This document shows positions 21,793 through 32,472 of a stretch of DNA of 64,000 nt, piece after piece. The position numbers and the translations under genes were made by a program. Origin of the DNA: Rebecca billardiae RCC1528 (taxonomy: Eukaryota; Protista; Haptophyta); contig OZ251224.1 of assembly GCA_965240325.2 (NCBI GenBank), positions 4,377,343 through 4,441,342 on the forward strand. The letters are read 5' to 3'. Under the pieces are notes generated by a model. That model was not told the DNA's origin. It made no database searches and saw nothing but the letters and a program-made list of their open reading frames with translations. Within the stretch, counting starts at the first letter, position 1. The number at the start of each line of letters is the position of its first letter.

Positions 21793-24700
21793 CTAGAGCC
21801 ACGAGGCAGGCGGCGTGGTCAGCCCCCCGGCCGACGCCGCCAGCGGCACGACCGCCATCTGCGGCGCGCCCTCGCCCTCGAGCAGCCGCGCGAGCGCGCC
21901 GACCAGCTCGTCGTCAGTCGGGTAGCGGCGCGCGTGCAGCCGCGAGAAGAGCAGCACGCTGCTGCGACCGCCGCCGCCGCCGCCGCCCAGGAGGTCGGCG
22001 CCGTCCGCGCCGTCGCTATCGGGCCCCTCGCCACCCTCCTCCTCCTCCTCCTCCTCCTCCTCCTCCGCCGCCGCCTGCTCCCCTCCGGACTGTGCGCGCG
22101 CGCACACCCAGAGCAGCTCGAACGCACCGGCGCACGCGCTGCCCGGCACGGCGCGCGCGCGCAGGCCCGCCCAGCGCGCGCGCAGCGTGCGCACGGCCGC
22201 GTCGGCGTGCTCCGCCGGCGTGCGCGCCGCGCGCGACGGGGGCAGCCGCTCCGCCGCGCCCAGCGCCGCCGCCGTCTCGCAGTACAGCAGACAGACGCGG
22301 CCGCGCAGCCGCGCGCACAGCACGGCGCTCAGCGCGGCGTGCGCGCGCCACTGCCCGCGCGCGAGCGCGGCGCCGAGGGCGGTCGCGCCGTCGGGGCCGC
22401 GCGCGAGCAGCGCGCCGCGCGGCGCGGCGGCGGCGACGGCCTCGACCACCTCCGCCGAGCCGCCCTCCGCCGCCGCGCGCAGCAGCCGCGCGTGCGCGCC
22501 CGCGTGCGCGCCGCGCGCCGCGCCGTCGCCGCCGAGCGCGCCGAGCGCTGCGAGCGCGGCGCGCACCGCGCCGGCCGCGCCCAGCGTGGCGGCGCGCGCG
22601 CCGAGCTCGAGCAGGGCGGCGGCGTCGGGCTCGGCCGCGCCCGCGCCCGCGCCCGCCGCGCCGGGGCCCGCGCCGCCCGCGGCCGCGGCCGCGCCCCCTC
22701 CGCGCAGCTGCAGCTGCAGCGCCAGCGCGCACGCCAGCCTGCCCGCGCGCAGCGCGCTGTCGACCGCACCCTCCGCCTCGGCCGCGGCGGCCTCGGGCGC
22801 GGCCGGCACGGCGGCGGGCGCGTGCGCACGCGCGCGCAGCAGCTCGAGCGCGAGCTGCGCGTGGCCGGCCGCCGCGGCGAGCTGCGCCGCCGAGCGTCTG
22901 CGCGCGTCGGTTGCGCCCGCGTCCGCGCGCGCCTGGAGGAGCGCGCGCGCGCACTCCGCCTCGCCCGCGGCCGCGGCGCAGAGCAGCGGGGTGGCGCCCG
23001 CGCTGTCGCGCGCGCCCAGCTGCGCGGCCAGCGCGCCCTCGCCCGCGGCGCGCGCCGCGTCGAGCAGCACGCCGACGAGCTGCGCGCCGCCGGCCGTGCC
23101 CGCGGCGAGCGCGAGCGCGCTCGCGCCGCGCGCGTCCGCGGCGCTCGGGTCGGCGCGCGCGCCGAGCAGCGCGCGCGCCGCGCCGGCCGCCTCGTCGGCC
23201 GAGCGCGTTGCGCCGAGCGCGGCGCACATGAGCGCGGTGCGCGCCGCGGGCGTGCGCGTGCGCCCGTCCGGCTCGATGCGCGCCGCCGCGCCCGGCGGCG
23301 GCAGCAGCGCGAACGGCGGCGCGCCGGCGCGCTGCGGCGCGGCGTGCGCCGCCGCCTCGTCCGCGGCCGTCCACGCGCGCGCGGCCACGCTGATCGTGAG
23401 CGCGCCGATCTCGGCCTCGAAGTCCTGGTCGCGCAGAGGCACGCGCGCGGCGCTGAGGGGCAGCAGCGCCGGCGTGAGGCACAGCCCAACCTCCTTCGAG
23501 CGGCCGTCCTCGTCCACGCCCACGAGGTACAGCTCGAGCTGCGACTCGAGCTGCGACTCGAGCGCGGACGATGGCTCGGACGATGGCGCGGACGGCTGCA
23601 CGCCGCCTGCGGCCGCCGCTGCGCCGTCGGCCGCCGCCCCCTCGGGCGGGCCGAGGGCTGCTGCTGCCTCGCGCGCGCCCAGCTCGATGGGCGCGCCCCG
23701 CACGGACAGGCCCACGCCCTCCCACACGCTGGCGCGCGGAGGGACGGCGCCGCCCGCCGGCGGGGCGGGCGGGTCGGCGGGCGGCGGGAGGGGCGGCGGG
23801 ATGGGGTGCGGGAGGGGCAGCGTGTCGGAGCGCACACGCCCCTCGTCCGCCTCCGCCTCCGCCTCGCCCGGCAGGTCGAGCTCGAGGCGCAGCGCGCAGA
23901 TCGGGCCGAGCACCGCGCGCCCGCTGCGGTCGGGCGGCGGCTGCAGCGCCGACACGGCCGCGCTCAGCTCCAGCGTGTGCACGCTCACGCTGAGGCGCAC
24001 ACGCACGGACGCGGCCGCGGCGCCGGCCCGCTGCGGCGCGCGCGGCTGCGGCGGCGCGTGCTGCAGCAGCAGCGACACGCACGCGGCCGAGGGCGCGAGG
24101 GCCGCGTGCTGCAGCGCGCTGAGCCCCGTGCGGCCGCCGTACGCGCACGCCCACGACCGCTCGGGCCACGCGCGCAGCAGCGCGGCCGCGGCCTCCGCGC
24201 CGCCCGCTGCGCACGCGGCGTGCAGCGCGCTCGCGGGCAGCGCGTGCTCCGACACCGCGCCGTGCAGCCCGGCGCGCACCGCCGCGGCGTCGGGCGGCGC
24301 GACGTGCTGACACAGCGCGTCCGCCAGCAGCTGCGTGGCGGCGGCGTGCGCGCTCGCCGCCGCGCACACGAGCGCGCCGCGCAGCGCCTGCGCCTGCGCC
24401 GAGCCGTGCGCGTGCGCGTGCGCGGACGAGCCGCCGTCGTCCGCCGCGCCGGGCGCGGCCGCCGCCGCGCCGGGCGCGGCCGCCGCGGCCGCGTCGTGCG
24501 CGCGCGGCAGCAGGCGCGCGTGCCCTAGCAGCGTGCGCAGCAGCTCGGCGGACGCGTCGTCCGAGCGCGCCGCGGCCGCGCTGAGCGCGCCCTCCCCGCC
24601 CGCGCCGCACGCGAGCACGGCCGCGGCCGCGCCGCCGCCCAGGTGCTGCAGCAGCGCACCGACGCAGCGCGCGGACGCGTCCACGCGCGAGCGCGCGTCC

Positions 24701-27267
24701 GCGCGCCCGAGCTCGCGCGCGCGCGCGGCGCACACGTCGGCAAAGTCGGGGAGCCGCGGGGGCGTGGCGTTGCTCGCCGCGCCCTCCGCGCGCGGCGCGC
24801 CCGCGTCGCCGTCGGCGGTGGCAGCAGCGGCGGCGGCGCCGTCGGCGCCGCGCTGCGCCTCCGCGGCCGCTCCGTACCACCCCGCGGACCCCGCGGACCA
24901 CTCGGCGCTGCCGCGCGCGCCCAGCGGCGGCGGCAGCGGCCCGGCCTCGCCGTGCAGGCGCGCGAGCGCGTGGTACAGCGCGCCCCGCCCGCGCGCGTCC
25001 GCGCCGTCCGCGTGCGCGCGCGCCGCGAGCAGCAGCTGCACGCACTCGGCGCTGCGAGCGCGCGCGGCGTGGTGCAGCGCGCTCAGGCCGGCGCTGTCGC
25101 GCGCGCGCACGGCGCGCAGCGCGGCGCCGCCGTCCGCGGCGCCGCCGTCCGCGCCGGACAGCGCGCCGAGCAGCGCGCGCACCGCCTCGGCGCGCCCCGC
25201 GGCCGCGGCGTAGCTCAGCGGCGCTCGGCCGTGCGCGTCCGCGGCGCCGTCGCCCGCGGGCGGCGCGCCGCGCTGCAGCAGCAGCAGCACGCTGCCGCCG
25301 TCCGCGCGCGCGGCCGCGGCGCAGAGCGGCGTGAGGCCCGAGGGCACGCAGCGCAAGCGCAGCGCGTCGTCGAGCGCGCTCGGCGGCGCACCCGAGCCCG
25401 CCCCCGCGCCCCGCTGCGCCGCGCCCTGCGGCAGCTGCTGCGGCAGCTGCTGCGGCAGCATGGCCGCCAGCAGCGCGCCGCTCAGCGCGGGTGCGCGCAC
25501 ACACGCCGCCAGTGCGAGCGGAGACGCGCTGCACCCGTCGGCTGCTCCGCCGAGGTCGAGCAGCGCGCGCGGGCCCGCCGCGCCGAGGAGCAGGCGCACG
25601 ATGGCGCCGAGCGCGCTGCCGAGCTCAGCGGGCGGCGCTGGGGCTCGCGCCGCGCCGCCGCCCTCCGCGTCCGCGTCCGCGTCCGCGTCCGCCGCCTCCG
25701 CCTCCGCCGCCTCCGCCGCCTCGTGTGCGGCCAGGCAGCACAGCTGCAGCGGGCTCTCGCGGCCGGGCGTGCGCGCGCGCGCGCGCGCGAGCGCCGCCGC
25801 GCCGCCCGGCCCGCCGCCCGCCGCCGCCGCGTCGAGCAGCAGCGCGAGCGCCGCGCCGTCGAGCGGCCAGCGCGGCGCGCCGTGCGCGGTGCGGTGCAGG
25901 CACGCGTGCACGGCGCCCCAGCCCGCGCGGTCGGTGGCGGCCGCGTCCGCGCGCGCGCGCAGCAGCGCGCGCACCACCTCGGCGCGCGCGCCCGCCGCGT
26001 CGGCGCGCGCGCCCACCGGCGAGGTGAGCGCGGCGTGCAGCGGCGTGCCCCCGTCCGCGCCCGCCCTCGCGTTCACGTGCGCGCGCGCGCCCAGCAGCGC
26101 CGCCACCACCGCGCCGTCCGCGCCGTACGCGGCCTTGTGCAGCGCCGTGTCGCGCAGGTCGGGGTCGACGGCGGAGGGGTCGGCGCGCGCGGCGCAGAGG
26201 AGGCGGACGCACTCGTCGCGCGGCTCGCACGCCGCCTTCTCCGACGTCGCCGCGAGGTGCACCAGCGGCGTGCCGTCCGCCGCGCGCAGCCGCGCCGCCT
26301 CCGCGCGCGGCACGCCCGCGGCCTCGCACGCGCGCAGCAGCACGGCGAGCTGCTCCGCGGACACCACGCCCTCGCTGTCGCTCAGCGCGCCGACGAGCGC
26401 GGCGCGCGCGGACGCGGCGGACTGCGCGGCGTCGGCGCGCGCCGCGCGCGCGGACGCGCTCGAGCGCGGCGACGGCGGCGCCGCGCGGCCGCGCGCGCTC
26501 GGCGGGCGCGCGGCGCGCGCGGCCGCGGCCGACCTCGCAGCCGCCTGCGCGGCGCTCGGCGGCCGCGCGGCGCCGCGCGCACCGGCGGCACTCGTCGGGC
26601 CGGCCGGCGGCTCGGGGTGCGGCACCGGCGCCGCTGCCGCCGCCTCGCTCGGCGCCGCGCTCGGCGCCGCGCTCGGCGCCGCCGCCGCCGCGGGCGCGCG
26701 CGCAGACGGCGCGGGCGCGGGCGCCGCGCCACCGGCTGCGGGCGCGGGCGCGGCGGCGGCGGCGGTGGCGGGCGCGTGCGCGCCAAAGTACGCGCGCCAC
26801 GCCGACCGGTCGACCTGGCCGCTCTCGTCCGCGAGGAGCTTTGCGCGCGGCTCGAGCTGCGCGTTGGCGTGCAGCGTGAGCGCGTCGAGGCGCAGCTCGC
26901 CGAGCGAGGCCGGCAGCGCCGACAGCCGGTTGGCGTGCGCGCGGAGCGTGCGCAGGAGCGTGAGGCTGCCGAGCGCGTCGGGGAGCGCGCTGAGCTGGTT
27001 CTCGCTCACGTCGAGGAGCCGCAGGCCCTGCAGCTGCGCCAGCCCCTCGGGCAGCGCCCTCAGCTCGTTGCACGCCAAGTCGAGCCGTTGCACCGAGCGG
27101 AGGCCGAGCACGGCGCTCGGCACCGCCTGCAGCCGCGGCTTGAGCTTGAGCCGCGCGCCGTGGAGGTCGAGCTCGTCCGCCGACGCACGCCTCGCCTCCT
27201 CGACGACCCTGGCCACGCGCATGTCCTCGGCGCGCGGCTTGGCCGGCGTGAGCGAGCCCGCCGGCAT
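21793..27267 (-). CDS. 1824-aa LRR + ankyrin-repeat protein with putative C2-like and C-terminal Rdx/SelW-like domains
   Basis: N-terminal LxxLDLxxNxLxxLP repeats; many ankyrin motifs (DTALHKAA, GGTPLHAA, GLTPLCAAA, GLSALHHAA, GATPLLCAA); C-terminal GAFELLWV...LLFSRLHARRYPTDDEL. Confidence 0.8.
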   Translation of the reverse strand: MPAGSLTPAKPRAEDMRVARVVEEARRASADELDLHGARLKLKPRLQAVPSAVLGLRSVQRLDLACNELRALPEGLAQLQGLRLLDVSENQLSALPDALGSLTLLRTLRAHANRLSALPASLGELRLDALTLHANAQLEPRAKLLADESGQVDRSAWRAYFGAHAPATAAAAAPAPAAGGAAPAPAPSARAPAAAAAPSAAPSAAPSEAAAAAPVPHPEPPAGPTSAAGARGAARPPSAAQAAARSAAAARAARPPSARGRAAPPSPRSSASARAARADAAQSAASARAALVGALSDSEGVVSAEQLAVLLRACEAAGVPRAEAARLRAADGTPLVHLAATSEKAACEPRDECVRLLCAARADPSAVDPDLRDTALHKAAYGADGAVVAALLGARAHVNARAGADGGTPLHAALTSPVGARADAAGARAEVVRALLRARADAAATDRAGWGAVHACLHRTAHGAPRWPLDGAALALLLDAAAAGGGPGGAAALARARARTPGRESPLQLCCLAAHEAAEAAEAEAADADADADAEGGGAARAPAPPAELGSALGAIVRLLLGAAGPRALLDLGGAADGCSASPLALAACVRAPALSGALLAAMLPQQLPQQLPQGAAQRGAGAGSGAPPSALDDALRLRCVPSGLTPLCAAAARADGGSVLLLLQRGAPPAGDGAADAHGRAPLSYAAAAGRAEAVRALLGALSGADGGAADGGAALRAVRARDSAGLSALHHAARARSAECVQLLLAARAHADGADARGRGALYHALARLHGEAGPLPPPLGARGSAEWSAGSAGWYGAAAEAQRGADGAAAAAATADGDAGAPRAEGAASNATPPRLPDFADVCAARARELGRADARSRVDASARCVGALLQHLGGGAAAAVLACGAGGEGALSAAAARSDDASAELLRTLLGHARLLPRAHDAAAAAAPGAAAAAPGAADDGGSSAHAHAHGSAQAQALRGALVCAAASAHAAATQLLADALCQHVAPPDAAAVRAGLHGAVSEHALPASALHAACAAGGAEAAAALLRAWPERSWACAYGGRTGLSALQHAALAPSAACVSLLLQHAPPQPRAPQRAGAAAASVRVRLSVSVHTLELSAAVSALQPPPDRSGRAVLGPICALRLELDLPGEAEAEADEGRVRSDTLPLPHPIPPPLPPPADPPAPPAGGAVPPRASVWEGVGLSVRGAPIELGAREAAAALGPPEGAAADGAAAAAGGVQPSAPSSEPSSALESQLESQLELYLVGVDEDGRSKEVGLCLTPALLPLSAARVPLRDQDFEAEIGALTISVAARAWTAADEAAAHAAPQRAGAPPFALLPPPGAAARIEPDGRTRTPAARTALMCAALGATRSADEAAGAARALLGARADPSAADARGASALALAAGTAGGAQLVGVLLDAARAAGEGALAAQLGARDSAGATPLLCAAAAGEAECARALLQARADAGATDARRRSAAQLAAAAGHAQLALELLRARAHAPAAVPAAPEAAAAEAEGAVDSALRAGRLACALALQLQLRGGGAAAAAGGAGPGAAGAGAGAAEPDAAALLELGARAATLGAAGAVRAALAALGALGGDGAARGAHAGAHARLLRAAAEGGSAEVVEAVAAAAPRGALLARGPDGATALGAALARGQWRAHAALSAVLCARLRGRVCLLYCETAAALGAAERLPPSRAARTPAEHADAAVRTLRARWAGLRARAVPGSACAGAFELLWVCARAQSGGEQAAAEEEEEEEEEEGGEGPDSDGADGADLLGGGGGGGRSSVLLFSRLHARRYPTDDELVGALARLLEGEGAPQMAVVPLAASAGGLTTPPASWL

Positions 27268-27522
27268 GGTCGCCTGCGCCGACGCCGTGCACCACTCGTG
27301 CGTTCAACCTGGTCAACGCGGGCAGGAGACGAGCGACGAGCAACCGTTGGGCCTTGGCGAGTATTAAACTTGTTATTACGTCGTGTACCGCCGTACAGTA
27401 TGCGCGCCTTTTTCACGGTCACTGCATTCGTGCTGAGGAGCAGCAGCGTCTCGACTCCGACTCCCCGCCGCGCCGCGTCGTCGACTGGGCGCGCCCGTCG
27501 AAGCACGCGTCACCAGGGCGTT

Positions 27523-28575
27523 TCACGCCGGCGCACCGCCGCCCTCGTGGGCGGACGCCCACGCTGACGCCGAGCGGAGGCCCAGCTCCTCCTCGTCGTC
27601 GGGCGGCAGCTGCGCGTACTTGTCCGCGGCGCCGCCGGCCGGGAGCGGCACGCGGGCGGCCGCACCGCCGCCCTCTCGCGGCACGCGCAGCTGCTCCATG
27701 CGGTAGCACGGGTAGCACGCGAGCACCCACGAGAAGATGGCGATCACGGCGACGCGCGCGTTCTCGCCCAGATGGAACGCGGGCCACACCAGCCTCGCCC
27801 CCTGCGGCAGCGCGTACCACGAGAGGTCGGCCCAGAGCAGCACAAACGCCCAGTAGGCGCACGCCCAGCGCGCAAACGGGGAGCAGCCTGCGCGCGCGCC
27901 CCACGCGCGCGCACACCCGCACGCGCGGCGCGCGGCGGGGGCGGCGTCGGCGGCGGGCGCGGCGGCGGGCGGCCCGGCGTGCACGGGCTCGGTCGAGCGG
28001 CGCCAGCGCTCGAACGCCGCGGCGGGCAGCGCGATCTCGAGCAGCAGCACGAGGGCGGAGCCCAGGTCGGAGCGCCACAGCCGCAGGCTCACGCGCGTGC
28101 GCGCGCGCGAGCCCGGGAGCACGTACACGTCGTGCACGGGCAGGTCGAGGCACACGTGCGAGACGGTGCACGCGAACACCCACGCGGCCTCGCGCGCGCT
28201 CGCCCCGCCGCGCGCGCGGTGGTACGCCGCGGCGGCCGCGCCGAGCGCGAGGGAGAGCGCGAGCGAGTGCGACCAGCTGATGTCGTAGTACGCGGGGCCC
28301 ACGCCGTGGAAGCCGTGGAAGCCGTCCACGCCCCGCTCCGGGTCCACGCCCGGCAGCCACTGCCCGCTCGCCTTCCACTGCGCGATCATGCGCCGCGTGC
28401 TCTCCGGCGGCTGCTCGAGCCACGCATAGTCGACCGCGCCGTGCTCGAGGCCGAGCCACACGCAGATCGCGGCGAGCGTGTCGGACGCCATCGTGTACTT
28501 CATGAAGACCCACAGCGGGAACGCCGGGCACGCCAGCTTGGCGAGGAACGCGACGAAGTGGTGGCCACCGATCAT
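27523..28575 (-). CDS. Membrane-bound metal-dependent hydrolase (YdjM-like, bacterial type)
   Basis: MIGGHHFVAFLAK...MASD...LGLEH, ISWSHSL, VSHVCLDLPVH (His/Asp metal ligands); several transmembrane segments; intronless. Confidence 0.7.
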   Translation of the reverse strand: MIGGHHFVAFLAKLACPAFPLWVFMKYTMASDTLAAICVWLGLEHGAVDYAWLEQPPESTRRMIAQWKASGQWLPGVDPERGVDGFHGFHGVGPAYYDISWSHSLALSLALGAAAAAYHRARGGASAREAAWVFACTVSHVCLDLPVHDVYVLPGSRARTRVSLRLWRSDLGSALVLLLEIALPAAAFERWRRSTEPVHAGPPAAAPAADAAPAARRACGCARAWGARAGCSPFARWACAYWAFVLLWADLSWYALPQGARLVWPAFHLGENARVAVIAIFSWVLACYPCYRMEQLRVPREGGGAAARVPLPAGGAADKYAQLPPDDEEELGLRSASAWASAHEGGGAPA

Positions 28576-29037
28576 CGCGCCGCCCGCCGTCGCGCTCGGG
28601 GGTCCGACTCTACTCCGCGCTGGCGAATCCCGAGCACACCCGGAGCGCCGCCATCGTCGATCCTGTCGGCGTCGTGCACCGCAAGTCCGCAACGCACGAC
28701 CGTTATTGTACGTTATTCTGTACATGCACGTACCGTGTACGCGATTGTACATGCGCTATAACTACTACTTTACTGTAGTACAACGTACGATCTTGCAGTC
28801 TGACTGAGTCGCAGTAGCAGCGAAGAGCGTCGCGCTGCCGGTCCGCGGCTGATGTGCATCGAGCAGCAGCCGAAGCGTTCCTTGAGTAGCTACTACGCGC
28901 ACGACTTGGCGGCTTGCTTGGCATCGTTGAACTTGAAGCCAGCCGCCAGGCCCAGTGCCGATGACGCGCGTGGCGGCTCCGGCAGCGTGCCTCCCAAGAA
29001 GGGGCCCTCGGCGCACCTTGCCAGTCGCCACAGGCAG

Positions 29038-30286
29038 CTAGGCTGAAGGGGGGTAAATGTTCCACACCTCGTACTCGCCCGTGCTGCCGCCCGCGCTGCA
29101 CGCCGCGCTGAAGTCCGTCTGCTCGAACAGCACACACGCCGCCTTGGCGGTGAGGCCTGACGCATCGTCCTCCTTGTACTTGCGGAACTGCGCGTACTTG
29201 CTGGGATGATGAGCGCAAGTGCCGTCGGCCGGGCGCGCGGACCGGGGCGAAGGCAACGCGCGGGGGCGCGGAGGGGCCATCTTGATGAGCAGATGGCGGC
29301 GCAGAGCACTCCGCAGGCAGTCGGGGGGAGGCGGGAGGGCTGGAGCAGGGCGCGCGAGATCCTCCCATCCATCGCGAGGCATCGACGGATGGGCAGCACG
29401 GCCGCTGCAGGCAGGGCGGCGCGGGCGGCGCGCACCAGCTGTCCTTCTTCAAGCACCACATGATGCAGCTGTACCGTTTCGTGCGGTAGTAGTCACGCTC
29501 GAGCACAGCCTCCGACCTGGAGCCCACGTGCAGCCCGACCATGTTGCCGGCGCTGCCGTCCTGGAGCGGCGCGCACGCGCGGGAGGACTGCGCGACCTTG
29601 GTGAACGGCGAGTTGTTGGCCGCGCGGCCGTGCGTGTACGTGCGCCAGTCGGCGGGCACGCGGAAGTTGACGGGGCAGTCTTCCTTCGGATCGGCCTGGC
29701 CGTGCAGCTTGCACCGCTTGTTCGACGTCTTGAAGCTGAAGCTGCGGCAGTGGTCGTCGTCCTGGCACAGCCGGCTGCAGTGCTCCTTGCTCTTGCCGTC
29801 CAGGACCATCGTGCTGTCCGGGCAGTCGAGCGAGTAGCCCACGTACGTCTCGGTCACCGAGGTCGGCGAGGAGCCGCTCGGAGGCGATGCCCCGCCGCCT
29901 CCGCCGCCGGCCGAGAGCCGCCAGAGCTGCCAGTGCGCGGAGACCTTGAAGTTCTTGGTGCACGCGCTGGGCGACGCGTCGCTCACGCTCATGCAACGCC
30001 CGTTCGACTTGTGCCACTGGTACATCTTGCACGTGGAGGACTTCTGGCAGAGCCCCTCGCACGCCGCCTGCGTCAGCCCGTCACCGCCGACGCGCGCCTG
30101 GTTGGGGCACTGCATCGAGTAGCCCGCCTGCACGCCGTCGAGGGCCTGCGCCACCGCCGCCCCGGACGCGACGCGGAGCAATGCGACGAGCGCGAGCGCG
30201 ACGAGCGTCGCGCCCACGGCCGCCCCAAGCACGAGCGTGCGGCGCGACGGGCGCGCCACGGGCGACGTCGGCGAGTTGGCTGTCAT
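29038..30286 (-). CDS. Type II membrane/secreted protein with three PAN/Apple-like Cys-rich domains
   Basis: Hydrophobic anchor, then CEGLCQKSSTCKMYQW..C, CSRLCQDDDHCRSFSF..C and, across intron 29201-29435, CIMWCLKKDSCKYAQF...CVLF. Confidence 0.7.
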
Positions 30287-30579
30287 CCCGGTCAGGCACG
30301 GCGGCGCACTGCCGCACTCTTGTGATCTCACGTTTGTGGATATATATTATGTGGTGGCCGATTATGATTGTACGTACAGTACGGGGATTTACGAAACCGG
30401 CGGAGTCGTCACATTGCATGTGTACTAACAAGGGCGATTGGTACTAATGACTAATCGATTGGTCATCATTCATCAAGCTCATCCGGCGCCCAGCCGCGGG
30501 AATCCCGGGATCCTGTGTGGAGCATTGCCCGTTCCTTTATTCAGTCGCGTCAAAAAGACGGGCCGGCTCGCGGGTGCGC

Positions 30580-32150
30580 ATGTCGCAGGCGGCCGAGCGC
30601 GATTTCTGGGCCGTGCTCGACGAGGTGTTTGTGCGCAAGGAGCGCGACCTGACGAGCGTCGCGCTCGCCTCGCCGTCGCCCGCGCGCGACGGGCGCGAGG
30701 CGGTGGTCGAGCTCCGGCTACCCGAGCTGCCGCGCGTCGAGGAGGGCGCCGAGGCGCGCGCGGCGCGGGCGCTCTGCCGCGCGGGGGAGTGGGGCCCGCT
30801 CACGGGCGCGCGGCTCGTCCGCGCGGACGAGCGGCGGCGGCGCGAGCGCTGGCCGCTCTCGCGCGCGCAGCTGTGCCCCGTGCAGCGCACGCTGCTCGCG
30901 CACCGCTTCGACGCGGACGCGCTGCAGCAGCTGCGCGCGAAGGCGGCGCGCATCGCCGCGGCGTACGACGGCGGGCTGAGCGCGCTCCAGCTCAGCCGCT
31001 CGCTCGACGCGCCGCCGCTCATGCTCATGCGCGCCGTGCTCGCCGCGCGCGGCCTCTCGCGCGCCGAGGTGCGCGCCGCGCTCGCGCGGCCGCGCGCCGT
31101 GCTCGGCGAGCGCGACGCGTCCGAGCTCGAGGCGGCGGCGGCGCACGACGCGCTCTTCGGCCGCGCGGGCCCGCTCTCCGACGCCGCCGCCTCCGCCGCC
31201 GACGGCCGCCCCGCCACGCCGGACGAGGCCGCGCTCGAGGCCGCGCTCGTGCGCCTCCTGGCCGCGCACGGCGTGTCCTGCTCCGCGTGCCCCGCGCTCG
31301 ACTCGCTCGTGCCGCTGCGGCCGGAGGGGCTGCGGCCGGGGCAGGAGAAAGGGGGCGCCGCGGGAGGGGACGCGCGCGCGGAGGCGGACGCGCTCGCCAC
31401 GCCGGGCGCCACGCTCGGCGCGGGCGGGCGGGCGGCGGCGCTGCTGCTGCGCCCGCCCGTGCGCGTGGGCGGCCGCGTGCTGCGCTGGGCCGTCGCCTCC
31501 GACAGCTACGCCAGCGCGGCAGACGCGCCCTTCCTCGAGCTGCAGGTCTGCACGCGCGCGCCCACACCGCGCGCACACCGCGCGCACACCGCGCGCTGAG
31601 CGCCCGCCGGGGGCACGCGCCAGCCCCGCGCCCCCGAAGCGCGCACGCCCGCCTTACCCCCGCGTGGTCCCTGCGCGTGCGCGCGTGCGCGCAGGTGCCC
31701 AAGCTGCGCGCGGTGTGGGGCGGCGGGCTGCTCGTCTTCAGCGGCGGCGTGGCGCGCGGCTTCCACGTGCAGGTGCGCACAGCGCGCGCGGGGCGGCACG
31801 CGGGGGCGCCGATGCCCCCGGCCGCTCACGGCTGCGCGCCGCGCTGCCCGGTGCTGCGTGCCCGCGCGCCGCGCTGCGCACAGGACTGCGTGGCGGTGGG
31901 CGCGACAGCCGGCGCGCTGCGCGAGGCCACGCGCGCGATGGCGCCCGGCGTGAGCGCTGAGCGCGACACGGCCCAAGCCGGCGCCGACGACTTCTCACCG
32001 TGGCTGGCGCGCAAGCTCGCGCGGCCAATGCGCCCGCGCCGCACGCTCGCGCTGCGCGACGCGGCGGCCGGGCGCACGGCGGCCGCGCACTCTCGCCGGC
32101 TCGCGGGCAGACGGGCGCGCCGCTGGCTCGCCGAGCTGCACGATGTCTGA
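30580..32150 (+). CDS. CDIN1/C15orf41 (TPD-domain, PD-(D/E)XK fold)-like protein with degenerate catalytic motifs
   Basis: HTH-like YDGGLSALQLSRSLDAPPLMLMRAVL; LEAALVRLL; LLLRPPVRVGGRVLRW; QVPKLRAVWGGGLLVF. Introns 31546-31694 and 31773-31883. Confidence 0.55.
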
Positions 32151-32472
32151 AGTCTGACCGGAGCCGCGCGCGCACGCGCACAGGCGGCGAGCTGTCGGCA
32201 ATGGCGCTGCCACGCTCCGCGCATATGCGCCGTGGCCCACGCGATGGCGTGCTGTCTCGCTGGCCGTAGCGCCACCGCGCGCATGATGCCTCGGGCGTGA
32301 CGCGGCCACCGAGTGACGCCACGCCTGATCACTGGTTGGGCACACAGTCGTGACGACGGTAGACCTGCCGTCCCAGCTCGTGTGCGAGTCACACGCATCA
32401 ATGGATCATGATTCAGGACAGTCTTGTAACCGTTCACGGCCGCCCGCGGCCGGACGTTCATAAAAATCGAGT

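Noticed and set aside
22260-22300. Selenocysteine in the Rdx-like domain
   Set aside because: Codons read TAC TGC GAG ACG GCG; there is no in-frame TGA.
20602-24528. 1308-aa plus-strand ORF and many other long Arg/Ala/Gly-rich ORFs
   Set aside because: Shadow or antisense frames of real genes; stop codons are rare at this GC content and these frames show no motifs.
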